From positions 1,536,001-1,600,000 of the forward strand of contig OY760505.1 in the NCBI GenBank assembly GCA_963663545.1: a stretch of 64,000 nt of DNA, written 5' to 3'. Positions within the stretch are counted from its first letter, which is position 1. Every line of letters begins with the position of its first letter. Origin of the DNA: Candidatus Delongbacteria bacterium. GTDB lineage: Bacteria > CAIWAD01. Of the stretch, positions 1 to 9,840 are shown in pieces. The notes under the pieces were generated by a model, which saw only the letters and a program-made list of their open reading frames with translations, made no database searches and was not told the origin of the DNA. Both the position numbers and the translations under genes were made by a program.

Positions 1-283
1 AGGTGTCGTAGAAAATCGCCTGACGCGAAAAGTAACCCATTACAAATCCCAGCAGAATGCAGAGGATCAGGCGGCGGCGTCCGTAGATAAACATGAAGGA
101 GCTCAGACCGCGCACGATACCGAAAGTGATAAAGCTGACCAGGAAGGTTCCCAGCAGGCGCGTGGGCTCATGCATCTGCAGGGCCACATAGCCGGGGACC
201 ACGAGTCCGCCCGCGCTGACACCCACAACCTCCTGGAACACCATACTCAGGATGACTCCCAGGCCCACAGAGATCTCAATCAC
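1..283 (-). CDS. pgsC: Poly-gamma-glutamate biosynthesis membrane protein PgsC/CapC (3' end beyond window edge)
   Basis: Own translation from GTG at 283: MIEISVGLGVILSMVFQEVVGVSAGGLVVPGYVAL...YGRRRLIL, with the GGxVVPGY and YGRR motifs of CapC; GTGA overlap with pgsB stop. Confidence 0.88.
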   Translation of the reverse strand, partial: MIEISVGLGVILSMVFQEVVGVSAGGLVVPGYVALQMHEPTRLLGTFLVSFITFGIVRGLSSFMFIYGRRRLILCILLGFVMGYFSRQAIFYDT

Positions 284-1446
284 GAACGGCTCCTTTCCTG
301 GAAGTAATGTGCAACTTCATGTCCGCCTCCGTGGACGTTGCCGATGCCGTAGACGCCCATCTTGTGGAAGGGCAGCTGGGCAATAGTGTTGTAGACGACT
401 TCGGGATAGACCAGACCGAGGCCGATGACCTTATCCGGCTTCATCCCCAGTTTCCAGCAGTAGGTCAGCAGGCGATCGGTACTTTCTCCGATGAGCACCA
501 GCCGCTCGTACTGCGTATTCTCGTGCACCATTTCTACTAGCTGCAGACTGCGCTCGTAGCGATCCTGCCGCGTGTTGAGCATAAAGATGGTCGCACCCGG
601 ATTTTCCTCGTGGGCGATCACGCGTTCCCAGATGGCCAGCGTGCTCTCCGGGTCGTTTGCCGCCAGCGCATTGACGAATACCAGTTCCTTGCCCTCGTGA
701 TTCACGCGATGCAGCTGCAGAGCGCCGCAATCAGGCCGCGCCTTCAACATGCCACGCAGCGCCGTATCACGATCGATACCAAGCTCGGCGGCAACGGCCA
801 TGGCCAGGGCGACATTCTCCTTGTGCTCGATGTAACCGAACTGGCGCATGTCCTCGTCGGTCACGACCGCATCGGTCACTTCGTGCAGCATGGTGCCACG
901 CTTGCCGGCGACTTTCTGCATCAGCCCGATCAGCTTGTGCTCGCAGGTGTAAGCCACCTTGTTGCTGGGCAGGCTGTTGCACAAACTGCGTGCGACATTC
1001 TGCACCGTCGGCCCCATTTCGCGCAGGTGGTCGGGACGCGCATTCGTAATGACGCCGATGGTCGAATGCACCATGCGATGCTCAGCAACCCACTGATACT
1101 CCGGCATTACCGCCATGCACTCAATCACCATTGCCTGCGGTTTGCGCTTTGCCGCGAAGGCAAACACACGCACCTGTTCAATGATGTTGGCGCCGCGCGC
1201 GCGATAGATGGGAATCTCTCGCCCGTCTTCCAGAAGCACCCGAGGAGCGCTACCGGTGGTTTTGGCGATGGTTCGGATTCCACCCTCGCACAATGCGCCG
1301 TGGATCAATCGCGTTACACTTGATTTCCCGCGGGTGCCATTGACGTGAATGCGATGAGGAATCGAGTGGATGACCGAGTAATGTCGGCGTAGTTCGTAGA
1401 TGCCCAGCAGGATGAGCGCCAGGACAAGACAAACGATGATCAGCAT
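280..1446 (-). CDS. pgsB: Poly-gamma-glutamate synthase PgsB/CapB (Mur-ligase-like)
   Basis: N-terminal TM helix, RIHVNGTRGKSS P-loop, AKTTG, NIIEQ, ECMAV, ITNARPDH, ANDPEST motifs. Confidence 0.92.
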   Translation of the reverse strand: MLIIVCLVLALILLGIYELRRHYSVIHSIPHRIHVNGTRGKSSVTRLIHGALCEGGIRTIAKTTGSAPRVLLEDGREIPIYRARGANIIEQVRVFAFAAKRKPQAMVIECMAVMPEYQWVAEHRMVHSTIGVITNARPDHLREMGPTVQNVARSLCNSLPSNKVAYTCEHKLIGLMQKVAGKRGTMLHEVTDAVVTDEDMRQFGYIEHKENVALAMAVAAELGIDRDTALRGMLKARPDCGALQLHRVNHEGKELVFVNALAANDPESTLAIWERVIAHEENPGATIFMLNTRQDRYERSLQLVEMVHENTQYERLVLIGESTDRLLTYCWKLGMKPDKVIGLGLVYPEVVYNTIAQLPFHKMGVYGIGNVHGGGHEVAHYFQERSRS

Positions 1447-1792
1447 AGTTGGTTGGACGATATCCCGTCGAACCCCTGCGGGTGCAGAAGGTCGACATTC
1501 ACATTTCTTTTGACACCGCTACCGAAGGTTGGCGATGTAGTTTTCAATAGACAAGCAGCCGCTTCGCTTCTCATGCGAAAAACGAAAGCCGTTTTAATGC
1601 AGAAATTGCGCCAGAACACGAATTGCATCCTCGCCTTCGTCAAAGCTTCTATTCAAGCCCATCTCGGCCCATTGCGGCCTGGAAAAGGCAATTCGGACTG
1701 TCTGAAGAAACTCTCACAACTGATAAATCCCGCACACTGCGTATAGCGCGCTTTTCACACCGCACAGCGGGTGGGGTTCAACTCGCGAAGAG

Positions 1793-2512
1793 CTAATCCT
1801 CCAGGAAGTACTCAACGGTGTTCACGACGCGCACGACCTTCAGCTCGGGGCTATTACGATCGCGCTCGTCTATGGAGAAAAGGCCCTGGCTTGCACGGCG
1901 GATGCGCCCGACCTCGGATCCCGAATCGTGGGCGAACTGCTCGGCGGCGTCGCGTGCGTTCAGCGTTGCCTGGGCAATCATCTCAGGCTTGATGGCATTC
2001 AGGCCAGTAAAAAGGAACTCGGTAGGGTTCTCCCAAGACTGGTTGGTCAGTGCGATCCCTTGCCCCACAAGACTCGGCGTCTGCTCCATCGCCTGGCGCA
2101 CCAGGTCCACTTTTTGTGTACGCGTTGTCACAACACCCTGGGCGCGATAGCGGAACTGGGGTGCATTATCTCGTGAGCCGTAGAACTCGGCGCGCGTATC
2201 CTGAATCTGCGGCGAGGGCATGCTGATGTCGGCGCGTTCGAAGCCCATTTTCGTGAGGAATCCCACAATCAGTTCGCGTTGATGGTCGATTTCTCGCTGC
2301 AAGCTTTGTAGGTCGTTATCTGTGACGACAAAGCTGATGGGCCAGATGGCCAGATCGGCTTGCACTTCGCGCTCCGCCAGCCCTTTGACGGTCACGAAGC
2401 GATCTCCGCTGCGACTTGCCTTGAAGCCCTGCCCCACCAACAATCCTGCTAGCGCGATTCCGACCGCGACAAGCAGAGCGGGCACGATCAGGGAACGATG
2501 CTCAGATAGCAT
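1793..2512 (-). CDS. SIMPL domain (DUF541) protein
   Basis: N-terminal TM segment, VTVKGLAEREVxAD, C-terminal KVVRVV; start at ATG 2512 with GGAGG upstream. Confidence 0.85.
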   Translation of the reverse strand: MLSEHRSLIVPALLVAVGIALAGLLVGQGFKASRSGDRFVTVKGLAEREVQADLAIWPISFVVTDNDLQSLQREIDHQRELIVGFLTKMGFERADISMPSPQIQDTRAEFYGSRDNAPQFRYRAQGVVTTRTQKVDLVRQAMEQTPSLVGQGIALTNQSWENPTEFLFTGLNAIKPEMIAQATLNARDAAEQFAHDSGSEVGRIRRASQGLFSIDERDRNSPELKVVRVVNTVEYFLED

Positions 2513-2635
2513 GATATCCTCCGTTTCGGCATGCAAAACACCCGCACACAATGTAGCAAGAGCGTAGCGGCACAAGGACCCCGGACTACGGCCTTGCCGT
2601 GGCAATTGTACCTTACGGCAAACACGGGAGGAAGC

Positions 2636-3610
2636 ATGAGCACAGAGCGCGGACGCGTGCTGGTTACCGGAGCGAGTGGTTTCATTGGCTCGCATCTGGC
2701 CGAAAGCCTTCTAGCAAGCGGAAAAGAGGTTCGCCTCTTTTTGCGCTACAGCTCCCTTCCCGTGGAACAGCTTCTTCCTGAAGCCTTGCGGGCCTGCGAG
2801 GCAGTGCGCGGCGATATTCGCGATAGCGCAGCGCTACTCCGGGCGATGGAGGGCATGGACACCGTGTATCACCTGGCAGCACTCGTGGGTATCCCATACA
2901 GCTACGAATGTCCGGCGGAGGTATTCTCGGTCAATGCTGCTGGAACTGCGGCTGTCCTGGATGCCGCGCTGAAGTGCGATGTGTCACGCCTTGTACTGAC
3001 TTCCACCAGCGAAGTCTACGGCAGTGCTCAAACAGTGCCCATTCGCGAAGATCATCCGCTTAACGCGCAATCTCCCTACGCCGCAAGCAAGGTGGCCGCC
3101 GACCAGTTGGGGCTTTCCTACCATCGCAGCTTCGGGCTTCCCGTAGCCATACTGCGCCCCTTCAACACCTACGGACCGAGACAGAGTGCACGCGCTGTGA
3201 TACCGACCGTGATACAACAGGCGTTGACCGGCAAGGAAATTCTGCTTGGTACGACAAGCAGTACGCGCGATTTTAGCTACGTGCAGGATACGGTGGATGC
3301 ATTTATTGCAGCAGGTTCAAGTCCCGAAGCCGTAGGCTGTATCACGCAGACGGGAAGCGGCCGCGAAGTCAGCATCGGTGATTTGGTACAGATGGTAGGG
3401 CGAATTCTAGCGCGCGATCTAATGATTGTGTCACGCGATGAGCGACTTCGTCCACAGGCCAGCGAAGTGCAACGCCTCATCTGCGATGCTACGCTCGCAA
3501 AAGAGCGTCTTGGCTGGAGCAGCAGGGTCAGCCTGGAAGAAGGTCTGGCACGAACCATTGACTGGCTGCGTGATCATCCACAGCATCTGGGCAAGGGCTA
3601 TCAACGGTAA
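2636..3610 (+). CDS. NAD-dependent epimerase/dehydratase (nucleotide-sugar SDR)
   Basis: VLVTGASGFIGSHL, STSEVYG, YAASK, RPFNTYGPRQ; RBS GGAGG before ATG 2636. Confidence 0.9.
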   Translation: MSTERGRVLVTGASGFIGSHLAESLLASGKEVRLFLRYSSLPVEQLLPEALRACEAVRGDIRDSAALLRAMEGMDTVYHLAALVGIPYSYECPAEVFSVNAAGTAAVLDAALKCDVSRLVLTSTSEVYGSAQTVPIREDHPLNAQSPYAASKVAADQLGLSYHRSFGLPVAILRPFNTYGPRQSARAVIPTVIQQALTGKEILLGTTSSTRDFSYVQDTVDAFIAAGSSPEAVGCITQTGSGREVSIGDLVQMVGRILARDLMIVSRDERLRPQASEVQRLICDATLAKERLGWSSRVSLEEGLARTIDWLRDHPQHLGKGYQR

Positions 3611-3617
3611 GCTGATT

Positions 3618-4067
3618 GTGATACAAGCTGAAATCGACATCCAATCCATCCTGCAGGAGCTTGATCCGGGCCCCGGCTATGAGCTGGTTGGTGTCGGGAT
3701 TGATGTGGAAGAATTGGAACGTTTGCAGGAAGTAATGGCGCGTCGGCCCCGATTCATTCAACGTTGGTTCAGTAAGCCCGAGCAAATGCAGGTTGAGTCA
3801 GCAATTGTTCCCGCCGCTGATGCACTGTTTCGCTTCTGCCTGAAAGAGGCTGTAATCAAGGCTTGTTGGCCTGAAGTTCAACTCACTCCCGCACAAGTCG
3901 ATACTAGCGATTGCGGCATAGAGCAGGTCTGCGAACCACGTATCACAAAAAGCGCCAACTCGCTGTTTGTCTATGCCAAATGTCGATTTGATGTGGATCA
4001 CGCCTTGGCGTGGGCTGTGTGTTACAACGGGGCGAAGCAAGTCTCCGCCCCGTCGCATGGTGTCTAA
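3618..4067 (+). CDS. acpS: Holo-ACP synthase (AcpS-type phosphopantetheinyl transferase)
   Basis: GVGIDV and RFCLKEAVIKA motifs; GTG start at 3618 inferred. Confidence 0.72.
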   Translation: MIQAEIDIQSILQELDPGPGYELVGVGIDVEELERLQEVMARRPRFIQRWFSKPEQMQVESAIVPAADALFRFCLKEAVIKACWPEVQLTPAQVDTSDCGIEQVCEPRITKSANSLFVYAKCRFDVDHALAWAVCYNGAKQVSAPSHGV

Positions 4068-5446
4068 CTGAAGTTCAACGTGGCGTTGTGTTTGGGTTTG
4101 TGTGATGCAAACCCTGGCCGTCCCATACCGCCGTAGGTCAGAACTTTACCCGCTTCCACACCAGGCTGATCAAAAGTATTGATGCCCATCAGCTCACCGT
4201 TGATAAAGGTCTCCAGCATAAAGAACTGGAAGAGCTGTCCCAGGTAGTAGGCGTCTACTTTGGGTAGTACCAGCGTGCGTGATCCACGACCGGCCTCCAA
4301 AAGCGCTTCCGCGGTGGATTCCTGCTCAACATTAATCAGGCGCCCCATTTCCTGTCCGCCCAGATAAGCAACGGCGTCGTGCTGGACGAACTCCTTGCCG
4401 ATGGGGCAGGGTTTGCGGAACTCATTGACGCGAATGAAGCTCACCAGCTTGTCTGTCGGACCTTCCATGAAGAGCTGCAGCAGACTATGCTGATCTGCGG
4501 CCCCAAGGGCACCCAGCGGCGTTGAGCCACTGTACACGACTTCACCGGCGTTGTTGTACTTCTTACCCAGGCTTTCTCCCCAGAGCTGCACATACCAGTT
4601 GGCGACAAAGCGCAGTGCGCGCGCATAGGGCATGACCACATTCACACTGTGGTTGTTGCGGAACCAATCCCAAGCCATGACACTTGCGGTCATTACGCGG
4701 TTCTGTTCAAGCGAAGTCTCGGCTGTATCACGCGTGATATCCTCAGCACCGGATAAGAGCGCCCGGATATCGAGTCCCAGCATGGCTGCCGGAAACAGGC
4801 CAACCGCAGATAGCAACGAAAAGCGACCGCCCGTCTTGGGCGGAATGGGTAGCACGGCAATCTGCTCTTCGCGACCGATGCGCTGCAGAAGGCCGTCGCC
4901 GTCATCGGTAGTCAACACGAAGTGCTGGTTCCACGTATCACCAAGCGTCCTGCGAAAGTGATCGGCCACGCTCATAAAATTCGCCGCCGTCTCCGCCGTC
5001 GTGCCCGATTTACTGACAACGTTCACAAGAGTCTTGGCAGGGTCAAGCTGCTCCAGCACTTCCGTCAGCGCGTCGGGATCGCTGTTGTCAAGGAAGTGAA
5101 AACGCGGGCGACCGGCACGAACACCTTCCAGCTCGTTCCAGGCACTGTGACACAAGGCAGCCTGAATAGCGATGGTCCCCCAAGTGCTGCCGCCGATGCC
5201 AATCAGCAGGAAGTCCGAAAAACGTCCTTCCAGGCGAGCAACGAGCTCCTCAACGGTCTTCACTTCGGGACGTAAAAATGTATTCGCAAAGGTGCCGGTG
5301 TCACTGGCCACCATTTGCGACAATCTCTGCTGAATCTGCTGTAGAGCTTCACGCTGCTCGGCCACAAGTCCGGAGCGCACCCCGGTACCTTCCGGCAGGT
5401 TCTCCTTCAGCATTCGGGTCAAATCAATCTGGATCAGGTTCGGCAT
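4064..5446 (-). CDS. pgi: Glucose-6-phosphate isomerase
   Basis: IGIGGS, SKSGTTAET, GGRFS, QLWGESLGK, DQHSLLQL, FDQPGVEAGK motifs. Confidence 0.93.
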   Translation of the reverse strand: MPNLIQIDLTRMLKENLPEGTGVRSGLVAEQREALQQIQQRLSQMVASDTGTFANTFLRPEVKTVEELVARLEGRFSDFLLIGIGGSTWGTIAIQAALCHSAWNELEGVRAGRPRFHFLDNSDPDALTEVLEQLDPAKTLVNVVSKSGTTAETAANFMSVADHFRRTLGDTWNQHFVLTTDDGDGLLQRIGREEQIAVLPIPPKTGGRFSLLSAVGLFPAAMLGLDIRALLSGAEDITRDTAETSLEQNRVMTASVMAWDWFRNNHSVNVVMPYARALRFVANWYVQLWGESLGKKYNNAGEVVYSGSTPLGALGAADQHSLLQLFMEGPTDKLVSFIRVNEFRKPCPIGKEFVQHDAVAYLGGQEMGRLINVEQESTAEALLEAGRGSRTLVLPKVDAYYLGQLFQFFMLETFINGELMGINTFDQPGVEAGKVLTYGGMGRPGFASHKPKHNATLNFS

Positions 5447-5461
5447 GGATCCTCCAACAAA

Positions 5462-5486
5462 GAAAAAGCCACCTGCTTCAGGTGGC
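5462..5486 (-). terminator. Rho-independent terminator after the small Zn-finger gene, just upstream of pgi
   Basis: Minus strand GCCACCTG-aag-CAGGTGGC followed by TTTTT. Confidence 0.6.
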
Positions 5487-5624
5487 GTTAACTGTCAACA
5501 ACGCAGTCGAAGCTCTCACCGACAAAAGTATGAAAGGCTCCCTAGCACAAAACTGCACTGTGCAAACCCCCAGCGGCTTGCACGAATGACAAGCTAATCA
5601 AGCCTGCGACTGTGGGCGAAGATA

Positions 5625-5792
5625 TTACTTCTTAGGCTGCTTGTTCTCGTTCGGCAGAATCTTGTACATGCCAGCGCCACAATTGGGGCAGACTCCACGT
5701 ACAGCGTTACGGCCATTCTTCATGGACAGTTTTACAACGTCCTTCATCTCGCGGTGATCACGGCACCGCATGCAATATCCCTGATAGCTCAT
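5625..5792 (-). CDS. Small Zn-ribbon protein (DUF5679-like), 55 aa
   Basis: YCMRCR...MKNGR..VRGVCPNCG..MYKI; strong RBS GGAGGAG before ATG 5792. Confidence 0.8.
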   Translation of the reverse strand: MSYQGYCMRCRDHREMKDVVKLSMKNGRNAVRGVCPNCGAGMYKILPNENKQPKK

Positions 5793-5865
5793 CTGACTCC
5801 TCCCGATGTTCACTACACGAATATGGAAAGCTGAATCCGCTTCGCGCAACAGAAAAGCAACGCGT

Positions 5866-7584
5866 TCAACAATCCTTCTTGCCTGTGTCCCTTCGCTTTG
5901 AAGCCGCTTGCATAGGTCGTTTGAAATAGAACACTATTATCAAACCTAACATTAGTAGAGCAAATCCAACGAATACAACATTCTGTCCCGGGTCGCGGCT
6001 GACTTGAAGCGTGCTGGATTCGCCTCCACCGCTCCGGTTGAAGCCGGACTGGAAAAAGCGAAATCCGCGGTGCTTCACAGGCCGATTCATCTCCACCAAC
6101 TCATTGCGAGTCACACCGCCGCCGTCATCAAGAAGAAGGTGTGAGCTGTAAGCGGCTGCCATAGCTGATCCAGGATAAGTATCCTCAACAAAGTCCTCGA
6201 GTGTGACACGGAATCCCAAACCCACGCTACGCGGCAAGAGCGCCACCTGGCCTCCTACGGGTAGCGGCTGCCAACGCCCAACCTGCAGCCAGGTCGCCCA
6301 TCCTTGATAATCACCGATCTTCACTGCCGGATTGTTCAGGTCGTGGCCAAGGCTTCGCATACTGATTCGCGCTTCCGCGTGCGGTAAAAACTCGTCGATT
6401 GCAAGTTCCAACCCCATCCAGGGTAACAGCAATCGTGAAACACCGGGCGCAACAGATTGCCACAGCAGACCATCCTCGCCCTGCCAGCAGGCACACAAAT
6501 CCTCGTTGTGATACACGAACAGCACTTGATTCTGAGCAGTAGCAGCCCCACCCATGCCGCCTTGCCACTGGATCTCTGTGACACGACTATTCAAAGGTTC
6601 GCGGCCATTGAGGGGGTCGAATCCGGGGATGTTGACAAAACAGAGATAGCGGTCCTCACCAGCGCTTCCACGAACCCAGAATTGGACTGCTGGATTGCGA
6701 GCTTCTCCTCCGCGGTCCTGATACTGGCCGGACTCGTCAATAAAGAAGCTGCGGAATGTCCTGCCAAAGACCAGTTGAGTATTCGCATCAAGCTGAATCG
6801 TTTTCTCATCAACATTGGCCCGATGTGTCACACCGTTCCAGTTGTACGTCATTGCGAAGCCGTCCGGCTTGATGAATCGCTCGGCGACCGCAGTGCTGTC
6901 CAAGCCCTGTGCAAACTCTATCTGCAAAAGCTCACCGTACTGCGTCGTGCTGCGCATCGGATCATCCGCCAGCAACCACTGTGTATCACGAAAATCCGTT
7001 GTACTCAGCGTGTATTGAAGCGCGGCACCCCCCGCATTACTGGCGAGCACTTCTTCGCTGCGTTCCGCATCAGTAAACCAGGCTGTAGCGAGAAGCGTAC
7101 TTCCCGATGGTGTATCACACTTAATCGACAGGTCGTCGGATGATGAACGATGCTCCAGCCCCGATAGAATGGCAACAGGCATTCCCCTGGCTGTGTCACG
7201 GTAGCATACATCGAACTCGCGCAGAGTTACGCTGTCTGCCGTTTCGCCTTCCTGCAGCTGCATGTATCCATCAACAGCCAGATGGCGCGTGAGCAACCCT
7301 CCCGCCAGAATCAGCAACAGCGACAAATGCGTCAGAATCATTCCCGCGTGATGCAAATGGAATGGACGTCTCTCAAGGGTAGCCAGCAAGATATTCAAGC
7401 CAAATAGCGCCAGCAATGCATCGAACCACCCAGACTCGTACACAAACACACGAACCAGATGGCTACTTGTACCCGCCTCAATACGAGTGGCAATAGCCAG
7501 CACCACGGCAATCAGTACAAGCAGAACAACACCCAGCTGAACCGAGGCAAGAACGTTGTAACACTTCAATAGCCAAGTTTTCAT
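5866..7584 (-). CDS. ResB/CcsB-like cytochrome c biogenesis membrane protein
   Basis: Three N-terminal TM helices with conserved His (LTHLSLLLILAG), large extracytoplasmic domain, MNRPVKHRGFRFFQSGF..DPG then C-terminal TM. Confidence 0.78.
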   Translation of the reverse strand: MKTWLLKCYNVLASVQLGVVLLVLIAVVLAIATRIEAGTSSHLVRVFVYESGWFDALLALFGLNILLATLERRPFHLHHAGMILTHLSLLLILAGGLLTRHLAVDGYMQLQEGETADSVTLREFDVCYRDTARGMPVAILSGLEHRSSSDDLSIKCDTPSGSTLLATAWFTDAERSEEVLASNAGGAALQYTLSTTDFRDTQWLLADDPMRSTTQYGELLQIEFAQGLDSTAVAERFIKPDGFAMTYNWNGVTHRANVDEKTIQLDANTQLVFGRTFRSFFIDESGQYQDRGGEARNPAVQFWVRGSAGEDRYLCFVNIPGFDPLNGREPLNSRVTEIQWQGGMGGAATAQNQVLFVYHNEDLCACWQGEDGLLWQSVAPGVSRLLLPWMGLELAIDEFLPHAEARISMRSLGHDLNNPAVKIGDYQGWATWLQVGRWQPLPVGGQVALLPRSVGLGFRVTLEDFVEDTYPGSAMAAAYSSHLLLDDGGGVTRNELVEMNRPVKHRGFRFFQSGFNRSGGGESSTLQVSRDPGQNVVFVGFALLMLGLIIVFYFKRPMQAASKRRDTGKKDC

Positions 7585-7602
7585 CGTACTTCTCCCGTCC
7601 AA

Positions 7603-8118
7603 CTATCGGTGAAGACGTCGTGCACCGCGGTAGTGTGTGATCCAATAGGTTTCGCCCAATTCATCCCAGACTACCCCGCGACTTGAACTGGCATGGATAA
7701 AGCGTCCACGTCCATCCGTGATACCAACGTGATTCACGCTCTTGCCTGAAGTCGCAAAGAAAACCAGATCACCCCGTCGCTCCTGACCTGGGGCCACAGC
7801 GATTCCCGTTTGAAACAGCTGTCGACTGGTGCGAGGTATTTCATCTCCGCCCGCATCCATCCAGGCCCTCCAGACGAGTCCACTGCAGTCCATGCCCTTG
7901 CGATCCTCGCCACCATAGCGATACGTCACGCCCAAGTAGCGCTCTGCGGCATCCACCACGTCATCTCGTGATACATAATTAGGTGAAGCACGGCGCTGCG
8001 CTGGCCGCACGGTTTCATCGTTGGAAGGTTGAAAACGAGGGTTTGAGCGTACTCCGCACGACTGAGTGAATAGCGCGATCGTGATACACGTCAACAGCAG
8101 CCGAGTACAACGCTTCAG
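7603..8118 (-). CDS. NlpC/P60 (C40) peptidase lipoprotein; start uncertain
   Basis: YRYGG...GMDCSGLV, IPRTS, GDLVFF, HVGI, FIHASSS; lipobox-like FTQSC. Confidence 0.85.
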   Translation of the reverse strand: MKRCTRLLLTCITIALFTQSCGVRSNPRFQPSNDETVRPAQRRASPNYVSRDDVVDAAERYLGVTYRYGGEDRKGMDCSGLVWRAWMDAGGDEIPRTSRQLFQTGIAVAPGQERRGDLVFFATSGKSVNHVGITDGRGRFIHASSSRGVVWDELGETYWITHYRGARRLHR

Positions 8119-8122
8119 TGAG

Positions 8123-8662
8123 CTAGCGCGGGAGCAGCCCCTCGTCGCGGTACTCATCCAGGATCTCGACGTAATGCCTACCATTCTCCCGTATTCCCTC
8201 AACTTCTTCGTCTGTCAATTGGCGTTTGATCTTGGCGGGTGTTCCTGCCACCAGAGATCGCGGTGGAATGATCGCACCGCTGAGTACAACAGCACCGGCT
8301 GCAACGACCGATTCTCGTCCGATGATAGCACCGTCCAGAACAGTAGCAGACATGCCGATGAGCGCATCATCCTCAATCGTACACCCGTGCAGCATAGCCA
8401 TGTGGCCAATTGTCACACCGCGCCCGATGCGAAGTGGCCCTGTTTGTGGTGTTACGTGTAGCACGGAACCATCCTGCACATTGCTGCCATCGCCAATTCG
8501 AATCAGCTCAATATCACCTCGCACGACAGCATTGAACCAGATGCCAACATCTTGGCCGATCTCAACATCGCCCATAACAACGGCACCCGACATGACAACA
8601 CTACCACCGCCAAGTACGGGCGCTTTTCCCCGAAAGGGTAGAATCTGTCCGGTTTGTATCAC
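8123..8662 (-). CDS. Gamma carbonic anhydrase family (YrdA/CaiE-like) protein
   Basis: IWFNAVVRGD, NVQDGSVLH, VTIGH, LHGC hexapeptide repeats; GTG start overlaps upstream TGA. Confidence 0.88.
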   Translation of the reverse strand: MIQTGQILPFRGKAPVLGGGSVVMSGAVVMGDVEIGQDVGIWFNAVVRGDIELIRIGDGSNVQDGSVLHVTPQTGPLRIGRGVTIGHMAMLHGCTIEDDALIGMSATVLDGAIIGRESVVAAGAVVLSGAIIPPRSLVAGTPAKIKRQLTDEEVEGIRENGRHYVEILDEYRDEGLLPR

Positions 8663-9840
8663 TGTTTCTCCTTGCGCGCCAAGTAGCGCAGAATAATGCG
8701 AAAGGTAATTCCTGCACCGGGGCGCGTCTCCAACACGAAGATGCGGCCACCGTGATACTGTTGCACGATACGTCGCGCCAGTGAAAGACCAAGTCCCCAT
8801 CCACGTTTCTTCGTTGTGAAGCCGGGTCTGAAGATGTCCTCTTTGAGACTTGGATCGATTCCCTTGCCCGTATCGGTCAGATCAATGTGAATTCGATCCG
8901 ATTTGGGTGATCGCGCACAAATCAGGATCACTCCACCGGTGCTGGCCATCGAATCAAGACTGTTCTTCACCAGATTCTCAATGACCCACTCGAAGAGGAA
9001 CTCATTGAGCATTACTTGCGGTAAATGCGGATCAATCTCGATCTGGAAATGCACATCTCTGCCTGCGCGCGGAATCCGTTGGCTGAAGTAGCCAACAACA
9101 CGTTGTATCACAGTTTCAAGATCAGCTGGCGCTAGATCCACTTCGCTACCGATTTTGCTGAAGCGATAGGCTATTTTCTCAAGACGTCCCGCATCCAGTT
9201 TCATCTGCTCCAGCGCTTCAACCATCCCCGGATCTGACTCCAGTACTTCGATCCAGCCCATGATTGACGAAATTGGAGTGCCTAATTGATGCGCCGTCTC
9301 ACGCGCCATTCCCACCCAGATACCGCTCTCTTCACTGCGCCGGATCTGTCGATATCCAAAGTAACCCAGCAAGCCAAATGCAATTGTCGCCAGTAATACA
9401 ATTACCGGGAAGATCTGCACCTGACGTATCACATCGGAATCACCGTAATGAAAATAGTCGGTGAGCGTGTCGTATTGGAAAGGAATGGGTTCGTGTACCG
9501 CATCCATGCGCGCCATGATCTGGCGGATATGCGCCTGATTTTCTGCATTGCGCTCATCCAGATCAGCAGGCAGGTTCTTCCAGAACTTGGGCTGTCCTTC
9601 ACTATCCGCATAGATCAATGGAAAATCAATCGTGCGTGTAAAGTCCAGGACTTCCTCTGGCGAATACGTGGCAAGCAGACTGTATTGATGAACGCGAATC
9701 TGCAGGTTCTGCGAGGCCTCTTCGCGGAGCTTGACGACCAAATAGCGGGCGTAAGACAGAATGCCGATCACGACCACCACGCCCAGCAAGAAAATGAGCC
9801 CTTTGATGGTTCCACGCATGTTCGCCCTGCGCAGAATCAT
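8659..9840 (-). CDS. Membrane sensor histidine kinase
   Basis: Two TM helices, ETAHQLGTP H-box, NLVKNS, DTGKG, GWGLGL. Confidence 0.9.
   Translation of the reverse strand: MILRRANMRGTIKGLIFLLGVVVVIGILSYARYLVVKLREEASQNLQIRVHQYSLLATYSPEEVLDFTRTIDFPLIYADSEGQPKFWKNLPADLDERNAENQAHIRQIMARMDAVHEPIPFQYDTLTDYFHYGDSDVIRQVQIFPVIVLLATIAFGLLGYFGYRQIRRSEESGIWVGMARETAHQLGTPISSIMGWIEVLESDPGMVEALEQMKLDAGRLEKIAYRFSKIGSEVDLAPADLETVIQRVVGYFSQRIPRAGRDVHFQIEIDPHLPQVMLNEFLFEWVIENLVKNSLDSMASTGGVILICARSPKSDRIHIDLTDTGKGIDPSLKEDIFRPGFTTKKRGWGLGLSLARRIVQQYHGGRIFVLETRPGAGITFRIILRYLARKEKQ

Noticed and set aside
4724..4740. TGTATCAC looks like a parS half-site (TGTTTCAC)
   Set aside because: I saw no full 16-bp parS palindrome in the window; copies are isolated half-sites.
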